Part shown: positions 49,061-62,155 of the stretch, one piece after another
How the letters are laid out: each line of letters starts with the position of its first letter
Position numbering within the stretch: position 1 is the stretch's first letter
Source of the DNA: Iphione sp. A-MEVVRFRX5
Taxonomy: Eukaryota
Direction: 5' to 3'
DNA: 64,000 nucleotides
Assembly (NCBI GenBank): GCA_976226885.1
Contig: OZ320313.1
Location: 70,618,001-70,682,000 of the forward strand
The notes under the pieces: generated by a model
Told to the model about the DNA's origin: nothing
The model's database searches: none
What the model saw: the letters and a program-made list of their open reading frames with translations, nothing else
Position numbers and translations under genes: made by a program

Positions 49061-50940
49061 ACGGCGTGTATGTCGACTGCAGATATTTCACAGGTCGCCT
49101 CCGGGCCGACCCACACAGCGAGCGGACGGTTACACCAGTGTTGTGGCAGATGCCTGCTGCCCAGCTGCTCCTCCTTCGCGCCAAATAAGGTTCTGACGGT
49201 TTGCTTTCTGGTTAGCGCCTCAGCGACGCTCAGCGGATCCTGTTGCCTTTCTGCGTCAGCAACTCAATGGCGCTGATTCCGAAGGTACGATGGGAGCGAT
49301 GGGGAGCTCGATGTAGCTTTGGAAAGGTGGTGTCGTGTAAAGGCGGCAGTTTCCCCCGTTGATAAATCTGTCCGACTCGATATATGATGTTCGCCTCGTT
49401 GAGGTGAATTTCATATCCCGCTCTCGTCGTCGTTGCCGTCCTCGTCGTCGGTTGTGCCGCAAGATTACCGCGCTCGAAAAAAATTAGTACTGTGGGTTAT
49501 GCGTCACTTAGAGCCGTTGAGTGCGCCGTTAACCTCGCCTGTGGTCGGTTGCGTCTGAAGCGCGCGTTCGTGCGCGCCCGCGCGTGTGTACACGTGCGGG
49601 GGAGCCTGTCCGTTCTGGTGACACTTCTGTTCGCCGCTGCCACCACTGTGTATTGTGCCGCGTGGATGTACTGCTCCCAATTCTTTCACCAATGAGCTGC
49701 TCACTTACTCGGAAGAACTAGGTTTGTGTGTTGCGAGCAAAAGGCAGATGCTCGTTATAGAGGCAGTGACGCACGCAGGCAGTTTGTACTAGCCTTTTAT
49801 GGCCTTCTGACTCGCTCTAGACGACAGCAGCAGCCGTGGTGGCGACAGCGACAGCAGCGGCGGTTGGTTCTTTGCCTTTCTGATAGATGGCGAAAATGTT
49901 CTGTAAACTTGAATGGAATAGCTGCCTGTATCTTATGGATGCCGCCTAATACAACTTGTCAAATCCGTAGAGGCATTTATCACAGTTTATGATATTTAAT
50001 TAATGTTCTTGGCCTGACGTTAGATAATGGTAAGGTGAATAACACGAAGACAGCGGCCCTACAATTATATTTCGTTCCGTCTTTTGCTTGAAGGACACTA
50101 CTGTTTCCTGTTGAATTAACGCCCTTTCCCGTTTCACTTCGTCCGTTCGCCAGACTCTCTGTTTAAATGTATCTGTAGGCTGCTTGCCACTTCTCACAAT
50201 CCGACTTCTATTTTTCCACCACCGTATGATGAACGTGCAGGCAAGAACCGCTCACCTTTCCTCCGCCAGTTTGTTCAGGAAGGCCTTCCCCAGAACCGAT
50301 GAACAAGGAGTGGATGACAACGACGACGTTGCGAGCGGGAGGTGGATAATATGCTGATGCCGTGCAGGCTTTCACGGGCGCTGGCTGGCCAGTCCTGCGG
50401 TTCTCTTATACTGCGGCCGCTGGCCGACGATCCGAGTGGTCAACGACAGGCTATAGGTCGACGATATAGACGCGTCTACCGGCACGACGAACAGGTCTGA
50501 GGTCAGTGGTCAGTGGCGATCTGTCGAGGCGCTTGCTGGTCCTCTGGTATATAAGCCTTGCGCTGATGACTTGGTAGGTAGATAGGTAGGCGGTGGAGTA
50601 TGGTGGTGGCTGTGGTGGTGGACGCTGCTGCTGTGTTCGGGTGCACCGTCCTGATCCTTCAACACAGCAGTGCCTCTCCCAAACGCGCCGGCAACTGCAG
50701 CCGATGGCAGCGCTGGTGATGCTGTCGGGAGCGCTGGCTGATTGCAGCGGCAGCGGCAGCGGCGACCGTAACAGCAGCTAGTGGTTCAGCAGAGGTAGCA
50801 GCGGCAGCAGCGGTTGGGGCAGGCCACGCTACAATCACAACACTGCCTACTAAAGGCGCTATGGCTACAGTATTCAATAGAGCAGCAGCAGTGGACACAA
50901 CTCTCCACAATCAGCTCCTTGTTAGGCTGAATACTTGGGT
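49000..50940. promoter_or_regulatory. CpG/GC-rich island-like region with TATATAAG (50548-50555), a (GCA/GGT)n-rich leader and a strong + strand donor (G|GTAAGA, 50939)
   Basis: Dense CpG at 49000-49900 and 50300-50900 compared with AT-rich flanks. No long ORF. Confidence 0.45.
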
Positions 50941-51842
50941 AAGATACACAATCATTCAGTGTATCTTTATGATGTAACGGCGAAGTGTACTCCACTCCAT
51001 AAGAAGATATTCCCACTTTCTGGCATCTCAGTGCCTATATATAGGCCTGGGGAAACGATAGATGGATGTGTACAGAATTTACGCTAGCGTGTAGCAGGTA
51101 CGGACCCAGGCGGCTGATTGATTAAACTTGCCAGATGAGGGTGAGCGGGGCGCCTTGTAGCGTCAGGCAGAGGCAAACCTTGGGAATGAAGGGCCGAGTA
51201 TTTGTATAAGCAACTCTGGGAGAAGCTCCAAATGCAGCAGGGGTCGTATATCCCAGCCACACGCAGGTGACCTTATGAGTGATTCTAGCGGCACGGGCTC
51301 TGTCAGAGGACCCAACGTTCAATATTGGTGGGTAAGTAGGACTGTGGGTGGAATGAAGGGATCGTGGGTGTGGGATACTACCTCCTGGTTCAGCTGACTC
51401 TACACACCTCGTGTACGAATTAGAGCAATCTATTACGGAGACACTTCCCGGGATGAGTTCTTGAGCTCTCACTTCCGGTTAAGTGGTGCGTAGTGTGTGG
51501 GGGGGGGCAAGGTTTACCCTCTGGCACTCGAAGTGAATCAAATTAAAATACTTCCTGTGTGCGTCGGAGTGGGCGAATGACGATTGAGTAGATCAGCAAA
51601 TTAGTTCTTGTCGAGAGACAATTGAGCGACTGAAACCAAGTGGAACAGGTGTCACTTCCTGATTCCTTAATCATTTTTCCTATTTCCGCAGCATAGCTCA
51701 GTCGGTCAGGATTTACGTGTAATATAGATAGCTATCAAAATAGGGTTACTTTCTCTTTTCTTTCTTCCTTTGCTCTATACTCGGGAGACCCTCTGTCTCA
51801 AACCGCAGGCGATGGGTCCCTAAGGGAATCCTTTCCACAATT

Positions 51843-51900
51843 CACTCAGTGGTAGACTGTGATCAGTAAATGATTGAGGTGTTTGTGGGCCCTGGGGCAC
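51843..51900 (+). mobile_element. Degenerate tRNA-derived SINE head related to 57030
   Basis: Shares CTCAGTGGTAG...AATGATTGAG with 57040-57071. The B box is decayed and the downstream body differs. Confidence 0.35.
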
Positions 51901-52412
51901 TGGGCTGGAGGCACTCCTAACAGCAAGTGCGTGCTTAGTCCCAGGTTTCCAGCCGGTCAGTTGACGGTGTCGAGCAATGACTTCGTCCGAACAGGCACTC
52001 CACCCAACTCCAGGTATATCGATCGATCTTCAGTCGCGTCGCTCTATAGGCACAGTTCACAGCAGGTTCTCTCCTCTTGCCAGTGTTAGTATATATGCTT
52101 TAGATCAATGGTTTCTGTCTTTACGGATGCACATATAGTTAATATATCAAGAACAAGTGTCTTGCCCCTGTCGTAGATGACAGTTTTATATTTTCTTACT
52201 TCCGTTATATAAGGTCCTTTGGGCAGCTCCCAACGTAGATTATGTAACGGATTGAACTGTCATTTTGCTGGTGAATCCATATGGTATAGTTTCCGTCAGT
52301 GTACGCTTATAACCGTAAATTGTTAACCTCTCTGTGAAATGAAACTGAAAAACATTTTACCATTGAAAAAACTATAGCCTTTTAAAAAATTCAGGTAAAA
52401 AACGGTAAAGAA

Positions 52413-53511
52413 TCATTCTTCAAAATGAGACCCTTGCAAGCATGAAGAGCATGGACAGTCCAAATCTTTACAAATTTCTGGTAGATAACCTTTCTTTGAA
52501 CAATCACAACGTTGCAATCCATTATATGTTAAGCATGTTCCGTTCCGCATGCTGGTCAGGATGCTGTTTTTCAAAATGTCATTATGTTCCTCGGGCAATT
52601 CTTGCAGGCGTGAGAAGTCTGAAATAAGGAAAGGAATTGTTAGTTCAGCGTGCATCTATTCTTGCATTAGGTAGTGATTTATATCATTTTAACCATAAAT
52701 AAAACAGCCCCTTTTTTAAAAAAAATAAATTTTAAAGCTTATTTGTCTCTTAATCGATCTCATAAGACTGCTAAATATACATGCGTTTCCGAGTTGAGTT
52801 CAAGGTATTACAAAGATTAAGTATGACAGTTATTATATCAATAACACAGTGTGCGTACTAGAATTAATATTGAATATCATTCTTAGAAGAAAACAACTTA
52901 ACATTCAAGTCACTGAACTCCTCGATACCCAAACTTCCACTGCCGTTACCTGACTCAAAGATCCCTTTTGGTAAACTACTTACACCTCGTAAGTAATAGT
53001 AGTACATGAAAAGTGATGTTATTGTATACAGTAGATAGATAACTTGTTTCTGCGATCGAGCGCACTTGTTCCTTTTACAGAATGATTTTCAATGTTATAT
53101 TTGTTGGTTACTTATGTATACAATACTAAATTTTTATGAGCAATGAATTCTTTCTAGACAGCAATGATATCTTCGGAAAACCAATAGACCAGGGTAATGT
53201 GCAATCATTCCTAATTTATGTAATTCAGTATTTTTTGTAGAAGGCGTCTCCTCTCACCATTAAATATGACTTGCTACCGTTAGACTGACACGAACGCTTT
53301 CGATTGGACTACCCTAATGCCGCGTGGGAATACTGACAGAGAGATTCGCTCCGAAGAAATAACAGCGTCCCTCTGGAATTCGGTGATTTCCCACAGCTTC
53401 ACCTCCAAGATCAGGCTCACTTTTGGTGCTTACCTTGCCGTGATAGCGCACTGGACCGAGATTCGACTATCGAAATTGACATGAACTGCATTTGCCGTTC
53501 AGTAAAGGAAC
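52413..53511 (-). CDS. Candidate two spliced exons (53511-53434 and 52618-52413) encoding a Cys-rich C-terminus; product unknown
   Basis: A 78-nt phase 1-1 exon has a pyrimidine tract/TAAG acceptor and a CAAG|GTAAG donor. The next acceptor TTCCTTATTTCAG joins in frame to give SFTERQMQFMSISIVESRSSALSRQ-DFSRLQELPEEHNDILKNSILTSMRNGTCLTYNGLQRCDCSKKGYLPEICKDLDCPCSSCLQGSHFEE*. Confidence 0.35.
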
Positions 53512-53639
53512 CTTAAGATAATGGGGAAAAAACGAAAGTGTAATACAGAGGGGATACGGTATCGTTTTGTATCTTTTGAAAGGACGGTTAAGATTCAGAA
53601 TTTCGGGCGGGTTCTGTGGAGTGTCCTCTTACACATCAA

Positions 53640-54170
53640 GAATGCTCCGTTGTTTCTGACCTGCTCTGAAGCCATCCTACAAAGGTCCACACTGTCGACC
53701 GGGTGGGTGTCCAGATGTGAAGTGCAGCGGCAAACTTGCCTCGGTTGGCCGCTCCTCGTGAAACCAACCACTCTTAGGGCTCTTAGCTGGTGCCTAGGCG
53801 TTGCCACCAGCAGTCCACTGGGCCATACGGAAGATATCTTCTATTAGCAGGAGACGATACACAAGGGAACCCTCTGGTTACTTCAGAGAGATGGATGCAA
53901 TGTCTATATTTGCGGTGAAGCTTGATGGGATGGGCAGATCGAAGCACTGAGCTTCAGGTTGCATTAAGTAACGGGGAGCGTAAGATCTGGGAGAACAGAC
54001 ATGTGTTATGCAGGAGAAATCCTTACGTCTGGGAGCCAGTCCGTGTGCTGGTGATAGACATTCATGATACTCACTTCCCCAAACCTCACATGCCATCACT
54101 AACCAAACGCAGGGAAGATGGAAAATCCATGTCATGAGTCTCCGTATGTTATTCAATCAGGGCTTTTTGC
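53640..54170 (-). mobile_element. Decayed LINE (RTE-like) RT C-terminal remnant
   Basis: LPCVWLVMACEVWG (PxLxYGxExWG-like), then TRSGQPR (RxRGRPR-like) and DLCRMASEQ. Confidence 0.45.
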
Positions 54171-55765
54171 GGAAGCTGGCAGAAAGCTCCAGGGACGTTG
54201 TGTGATCGCTCTCCTGTACATTTAAAGCAGTGAAAAGCGAACATGTATGTTGATAATAAAACAATCAATACAGAAAGATTAAGAAAATATGGTGAAGGAA
54301 CCCTTTTATTATCCCCCGCCATGCAGACAAAGATTGTGAAGCTAGCTAAAATGTGATCACTTGGTAGGAAAGTGCATGTACTATGTCATGTAATTCTCCC
54401 CTGTTATCGTACAGTCAGTGTGCAACAGGAACTAAAGTGTTCAGCTTCCCATTCACTATGTATAACTCGCATAGTCGATCTCAACATCCTGTTTTCTGCC
54501 ACCACCGATCATTGAAAGCATGAATCATACTTTTGTTCACGAATGAACGTGTGAACTTAAAGTGTAGAACTTGAATACGATGGAAATTGCACAACTATCG
54601 GCGCCTTTCATATGCAACTAATGAATAATATCACGAAGCGTATACTTAAAGGCGTCGGTGTAATTCAAATCTAACACCCTCATGTAAAGGTCATGTCTTT
54701 TTTTCAGCTTTTTGGATTTATCGTGAAGGATTTTCTGTCTCTAGTATCAGTGATGCTGACCACCGGATGTCACGCGCAAACCTTTCATATGGCCCAGTTA
54801 GGGTCATTGTGGAGGAAGGCGGAAAAGAGGCGCTCAGGATGATAGTATTACCATCAGGTGAACGCGTAATCTCCACGGGCGGAGTGACAGGCAGTCATGA
54901 GCTGTTTACTACATGGTGGGTGGCTGAGTTAGCTAATCCTAACGTCCGTAGGTGGCTGTTCGGAAGTGGATAGGCATCAAAACGTGCTTTATGAATTGCG
55001 CCATGCAAAGGTAATGATTTTACGGAAATAGGATGGTTGTAAAGGCAAAGATAAATCACAGAGTCACGATGGTACAGAGATGAAGCTCCCCAATCTAAAG
55101 GTCAGCTGTTCGGTAGCAGATCAGGTCAGACGCTGGAGGCCCCTAAGGGGATTTTGCCATTGCTCCCTTGGATCATGATCATGGTTAATATGCCACTTGA
55201 ACTACTGGAATAGCCCATTAAAGCCGGGGACGGCGTGGGAAATATATCCATCTCACGAGCACTTAATATCTTTCTGGACTTCTGGAAAAAGGTATATCGA
55301 GTAAAATGTCTCCTATAGAATACTGGAGGTAGGGCGTTATTTAATTGTGATGTCAAATCGTAATGACTACAATGACTGTACTGGTAATAAAGGGAGTTTT
55401 GGTAAAAGAAATTGTCATATATAATTGTGGTCGGTATCTTTATACTTTGGCATTCCCCACCTAACACAACCCATAAAACAACGTACCAGTAAGGTCCAAC
55501 ATTTGATGAAGCACAGCCAAAACGTATTTGACATCGTTCTCAAATTGGATGATTCGTAAACATCATACTTCTACTGAACATGGTATTTGTTATCATATTT
55601 AAAAGATATATATTTATTGCTCTATTCACAGACTGAGTAAACAAGGGTCTGTTCTATTCCTATTCTTTGTGGGCTCTATTGTTGTACATTTACACTTACA
55701 TTAAATTACCAAGAACAAGTCCAACAATATTCATAAGGTACGATTTACGGCGTCATAAGATAAAA

Positions 55766-55999
55766 GTACACGTGATTAATTCCATCAATAGGTGTACCAG
55801 CAGTATTCTCCGGGACTATTAAAAACTACAGAAAGAAATAATTTTATAGTGCTAAAAATTATGACAGCTTTCTCATACCCCCGAAACCAAGCCATAGCAA
55901 AAAAGAAGTAAAATATCAATTGAAATTTAATTTACACCACAAAAACACCATCCGGGAGAATACATTTTGGTACATCTATTGGTGGAATCAGTAACGTAC
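55766..55999. mobile_element. Small MITE with about 50-bp imperfect TIRs
   Basis: 55766-55815 and 55951-55999 are reverse complements at roughly three-quarters of positions (ATTCCA.CAATAG.TGTACCA...GTATTCTCC.GGA), with an AT-rich interior. Confidence 0.7.
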
Positions 56000-57029
56000 A
56001 TGATAATACGCATATAAAAACCACCAATCTTACGTATGGGGAGTTATTTTACTACACGTTCGCTGTACAATGTAGTCTACCCCGGCAAGCGTAATCCGTG
56101 TACTTCCTCTGAAGCCACAGCCTCTGGTGGGTTTCACTGTGTGTAATACGGAGGCGGCCCTGGAAGGAGTTGCTCACATAACTGGCCCGAAGAGCAGCTC
56201 CCGCGGGGTTCAAGCAGCTCGTGTAGAGAGATGAGCTGTTCTCTAAGTAACGCCACGGGACTCCTCCCTACCGCCCCTTTCTGTCACTCTACAGTCACCC
56301 ACCAGCGTCAAGCCTACCAACACGCTCGTAAGGCGCTCCCATGAGGGTTACCGAGTACCGCCCGACAGCGCCAGGCGCGCGCGATATTGCATACCGAAAG
56401 GGTTCAACTGCCCGTCCGATTAATCGAGTTGATCGCCGGACGAGCAGGCTACTTCTGAGCGACGCTTGGGTCCCTGGCTGGGGGCATCTCCAATATACGC
56501 CAGGCGGTCTTTGCTGCTGAAGGAAGCGGGGAGAGCAATAAGTGGCGACCCGCCTGTGTAAATCCCCTGGTCTTACCGTCAAATAACAGCATCGCCCGTA
56601 TGTACTGAACGCTTTTAAAATTCTCAATATTCACCCCGTTAAGCCAATGTACTGAAATCAGCTATTGAATGCTTTGTTGTTACTAGGAACCAGAGCCCCA
56701 CTACGACCGTATACATATACATACATCATTTTATGGTTATGGACATGTCCATGTGTAACACAACACGACATCTCATTGTAAACAAAAGGGAAAATACGTC
56801 GAGTCTAGGAAAGCCAGTCTCCAATACTTCCCAATACAAAAATTACGCAAATGCCACCAGGAACACATATCTCATTAGTGCCTACCACGGAGAGTATCGA
56901 CCGGTTATCATTAAAAAAAGACTTGAGCCTCTGGGGATGTGGATAAACTTTTAGTGCAACAGCAGGTAGTGTTTTTAAATGTAAAAAATGCATTGGTTTA
57001 GGTTGTGCTTTTACTATTTAAGGTGGGAT

Positions 57030-57369
57030 GGGGAGTTAGCTCAGTGGTAGGGCACTGGTTCAATGATTGAGAGGTTGCAGGTTCAATCCTGGGCCTGGGA
57101 CTCTTGATCAAAGTCCAGACAGAATCACTGTAGCCCTAACCCAGTGTGGTCCACAGCTTGTAAAAAGACCATGTATGTGTAGGATTCTGCCCCCTGTGCA
57201 CACCAAGATCATGGAAACCTATTCAAAATAAGAGTAGGAGACAACCCCAGTATTCTGGTCTCTCAATTTTCAATAATAGATGGTCGTATGCTACCCCAGC
57301 AGGATATTGAAGAACCCTGTCATGATCATAGGTCAATATATTCCTGGTTAAAGATACAATGAAATGAAA
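57030..57369 (+). mobile_element. tRNA-derived SINE with a Deu/Nin-like central domain
   Basis: Pol III A box TAGCTCAGTGG (57037-57047) and B box GGTTCAATCC (57080-57089). Core GCACACCAAGATCATGGAAACCTATTCAAAATAAGAGTAGGAGACAACCCCAGTATTCTGGTC resembles the recalled DeuSINE/SINE3 core (AAGAGTAGGGG..ACCCCGGTGTCCTGGCC). (TGAAA)n-like tail at 57358-57369. Confidence 0.75.
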
Positions 57370-59649
57370 GGCCAATCAAATGTATTCCTGAATGACCTAA
57401 TATGAAAAACGTGTTGCTCAATCTTAACCATAAAAACATGCATGTACAATTAAAAAATATTAAGAAGTGATCTATACATTATAATATATATAAACATAGA
57501 AACAGATATTCTAACTTTACCAACTCCACTGGCATAAGCCTGTAGCAACAGTACATTGAAAATGCATAATGCTAGGCACGTAGTGGTTTATTTTCGTCTC
57601 TAGGTTGACATGATTTGATTTTTGACTGAGCGACATGGGGAGCGGGTCGTGTCCAATGCATTCCAATGGACTGGACTAGAACCGCCGGAATAAATCGGAC
57701 TACCGCAAAGGGAACCACTGCTTTGGTCCGCGCAAAGCCAATTTCTTTTAAGTCAACAAGAAATCACCAGACCCCTTCAGCCGAATTCCCACTGTGCTGG
57801 GGCCTACGGTACATCGGAAGAAATCTATATTGATATTGACGCGACATATCAGAAAGATGATGAAAACTGCCAATACTGAAAGACCCTCAGCTAGCTGGAT
57901 GCTTTAGGCTACCTACACGACTTTTCGCAAAAGATCCAGTGATTTGACGATAACATCGTAGTCAATATACCGTTACCCTACCCGAAGGGTCTGTCCAGAG
58001 GTTGAACCTTTCTTGGGGTGGCCACACTGGTACCCGATTCAATTTAGCCCCAATGTCCCCAGTATTTGTCGACGTTTGGTCAAGCAATTGAACTTCGTGT
58101 GGTAAGGGCTCTGTACTAAGCAGGCGCGCCATCTATATATTTTTCAATTCCATTAATACTGGATGCCTTTCAAACTTAACTATTACATGCACTGCCCACG
58201 ATTTATTCCGATAGGCTTGCATCTATCACCTCTGAGGTCAAAATAAGTGGCCTTTCTCTGCCGCCTATTCCTGCATACATGTTTTGAGGTTTTTACAATT
58301 CCCTTGAACCTCTGCTTTATTCCAAATCAACACTCATTGTGACATTCAAACACAATGACTTACATCAGTCTTTCTGGTCACATTTGAACACTATGTCTTA
58401 CATCGGTCTTCCTTGTCACATTTAAATAATGTGCCTTACATTAGTCTTCCTGGTTCTTTCTTAGTCTTTCTACCAGAAACTTACACACTTTACTTGGGTA
58501 GAATTTAATACCTTGTGCCGTGATGTTTAGCTTTGTGATTGATTTTCAGAAGGATCGCAGTAAACGGTGGTGTATGATTAAGGAATGAATTTCTAAAGGA
58601 GACAAAAAGACCTGAAACTTTGTGCCTGTTATCATATGATTTCCCGCGTCTACGAGATCGACAGATGCGTGCAGGCCATTCCACTTCAAAATCGAAGAGA
58701 CCCTTTAGGAACACTAAATAATGTATTTTACTTTTACATTTTAAAGATAAGAAACACATCTCTGACTTCATCGCAACTTGTGTGCGGGTAAATTAAGTAA
58801 AAAAGACAACTTGTGTTTCCGATATCATGATGAAAATTCATAGGATCAGTAAGTTGTTCTGCTTAAATCTTAATAATACTTATATAATAAAAAACAATTT
58901 ATTGATATAATGAGCACAATTGTATATTGCATCAGTCCCGAGAATCATTCAGTCTGAAGATATTCTCAAACAATAAAAAAATAAAACGTTCCACGAGGAC
59001 AAAAATCAGTGTTGATCAGGTTACCAGAAACACAAATTTTATTTATTTAGGCCTCATAATATTGACGGATTGCAGGTTATTGTTCTCACCAGGCTAATTT
59101 GAGAATCGTTTACAAATACACAATTTCTGTTTGTTATTTGACTCGTAACTAGGGTAAACGTATCATCCCTAAGTTATATATATGTATAAATTGACAACGA
59201 TTTTGACCACTTGGATGATACTTTTCGTATCATTTCAAAAATGATTGAAGAGTGTCATCAACAGAATACCATTTCCTCCTCTAACACCCAACAGGTGTTT
59301 ACAATTACAGCCTAGAGAATTACAAGCACTAGAACTTAATTAGTTTGAATCGTTAAAACTTCATCAAGCGAAGTGCCAGGAGCAATTAATTCCAACAAAA
59401 CACCTATAGACAAGAACACAGAAATAGCGAGCTAATTTTGGAACGTAGGCGGAATTGGTGTGTTTTAGTCAGGGGTGTTTGTTTACCTGCGTGGAGGTAA
59501 GGGGAAATGAGGACTATTTTTAGTTTGAAAAACTATAATAGAGAAGTTCATGTAATACGAGTAGGCGGTGGTGTCAATCTCCCCCATTTCCCCACCGTGC
59601 TATTTCCTTCCTCAATCTCATGTTTCATGGTGGGAATTCCTCCGAATTC

Positions 59650-60200
59650 CAGAGCCGTTCGGGAAGGAAGGTAAGTCAGTTTTGCCACGTGACTTGATGG
59701 TAGATAGTTTGTTTGTAAAGGAGCTTGCCAAATCGTCATAACAAACATTTTACGCAAATGGTAATGACTTTTCCCATGCGACCGTTCGGAAGAAAGGTCT
59801 TCGTGGAGATGTTTTACCTTGCTCATGTTTACTCTGTGACAGGTGGCTTCAACATTACTTGACGTCTTCTGAATGGTCAGATCGAATCGAGTCTCTCGTA
59901 ATTCCCAAGCACACATAGATTGAAGCAGATCCATAATTAAATGATGCGCCGTTTTCATGACAAAAGACTGCGAACTGCCTTTCGAGCATCACAGCAGAAT
60001 AAAACGCGTCTTCATGCCACGCCCAGGGTTAGCTAAGCGAGAAAGTAGTAATTGGAAGATCAATATGGGTGGAACGGACAGACACAATGTACGGTTACTG
60101 ACCCGGAGCTCTAAGATCTTCAAAGGCGTCGGTCTAGAGATTGATATTTTCTTCAGTCGGTGCATTATGTGGTCTAGGAAAGATCTCTAACGCAATGGCA
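59650..60200 (-). mobile_element. Decayed Ty3/Gypsy RNase H remnant
   Basis: TDAF (TDAS-like, about 60132), LPITTFS, YSAVMLERQFAVF (YS..E.E.LA+V-like), IRSDH (TDH-like) and YLPS..KLTYLPSR (Y.PG..N..AD.LSR-like), in the expected order. Confidence 0.4.
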
Positions 60201-62155
60201 AGTGGAGAGGAAAGAAGGTAAGATTTTGCATCGATTGCCATCTCTCACCATCTCCTATGTTTTATAATTCTCTTCACCTCTGTGAAGTTAAACAAATCAA
60301 AAATGTTTATTTATTTGGGTCAAAAACAAGAAACATGCATATATATATCGATATATCATGCAGAACTATATGCAATAACCCTATGTTGGCTAGGTACATC
60401 ATGTTGTCATCTAAATAAAATCGCACGACATTAATTCGACTGTCGCTCCAAGGATACATAAGGGAGAACGCCTCAAGGGCTAGGCCATCAAAGCTCTATT
60501 ATAGTTATAACACATATAATCAACTTAAAACGAAGTGTCAGAATGGGTATAACTAAACAGTTCCTGCGTGCCTGTAAGCAAATGCCAATATACACTTATT
60601 TGATTCCTCACTGTTACATACTTCTGTCATTAAAATTTTGTAATGACCCCGAGCCTAAGATAGTACCAAATTAGAATAAGCTTTGTGTTATTGTGACTTA
60701 GTAAATCCAGTCGAGTGCTCGTTCGAATTCAGCATATGTAGATGGTACCTCGCCAGTATTCAGTTTCAAAGTTCACCATATATAATTTGTGTGCCTGGGA
60801 AAGACTCCTCCTGCACAAAACACGCCATCGACTGAATATGTGTGCGTGTCTTTTGGAAACATATTCTCTCGTCCCCTGTCGAGCCGTGTACATGGACCAG
60901 TCTACAGCTTACCTGTAAAGTATGTTCTGCGAATTCTATTTGCATTTTTGCTCCTTTTAAGGATTTGTTCTATTGCGTTTGTCTGTTTTTTAAAGCAAAA
61001 TGAGCATATCGTTTTTAATACAATAGGCAATGTATTTGTAAGCCGTAGGGTTTTTTTCAACTATAGATGAGTAGACTTCGCTTAGCTAACAGTCAAGAGG
61101 CAAAGGACGCATATTGAAAAACCTGTTCACGTGACAAATACGCATGTTCTCACGCTAAAAGCACTCTATCGAAACCAAGGACCCAGCAGATTGCCTGCTG
61201 CATGCTATGACTCTTCGGGATGGGGCCAGCATAAAATAACAATCCACAAAATAACATATGCGTGTGTGGCAGATTCCGTTTCGACCATAGCAGTGGAGTA
61301 CATGAACATGTATATTGAAATAACAAGTAAGGAAAAATCGTCAAATTCATCTGCACAAGTAAGGCATACTGCTTTCAGTATACAAAGATCAAAAACAAAA
61401 TATATTAACCCTTCACCCTACGGTAACCTCGTTAATCAAGCTACCGTGCTATTCCAGCCAACGGACCCCATATCCAAGTTAAATGCTCTATAATGTGCTA
61501 TAATGAAAACCTTCAGTAATCTGGTCATACTATCAGGTTAGCGAAGTCACCATGCACCTCCCCCAGTTCTCATCCTATGATCACCACTGTCCTGCCGTTT
61601 CCGCGCATCTTCTACAACTGTCACCCTGTTTTGCACCTGTGTCTTTGAAAACTAGAAATAAGAGTTTGAATAACAATGGTTTTATATGAAAGTAGAACCT
61701 GAAAAACATCCATAACACTTAATCAATGCAGCCCCGAGCTCCTCACGTCAAATCGGCTCAGTTCCCAACCATGACCAAATTAGCGAGGGGAGCTACGGTA
61801 CATGTTCTCATGTACATTGTAGTTGGTAAAGTGACATGCAGCCCTCTTAAAAGATTACATATATTCAAACAAGGTTTTCTTGTTTGGGGTGGACTGCAAA
61901 CTAGATCATGATTATGAAATTAACACTGAGGGGAACGGTCATCTTTCTTGTTGCTAAAACAACCCGTTACAGCGGAACATTTGCAAGAAAAAGGAAAAAC
62001 AGGACATTGTAGTTGTGTCTAGCGAAACGTCAATTGAGAGTACATGTATCTTTTAGTAATCTATTGTTCGTAGTGTTAACTTCCATTGATTAAGGGCTGG
62101 TTTCCATACTGGCGTTGAGCTGCGTTGACATGCGGTAGAGGACTACATGCTTTTC

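Noticed and set aside
57030-57101. Functional tRNA gene
   Set aside because: The D-arm and the A and B boxes are present, but the acceptor, anticodon and T stems do not pair, and the sequence continues into a SINE body.
57620-58120. Coding exon or Tc1/IS630 fragment after the acceptor at 57603
   Set aside because: All frames close soon after the acceptor and the transposase-like words are too weak.
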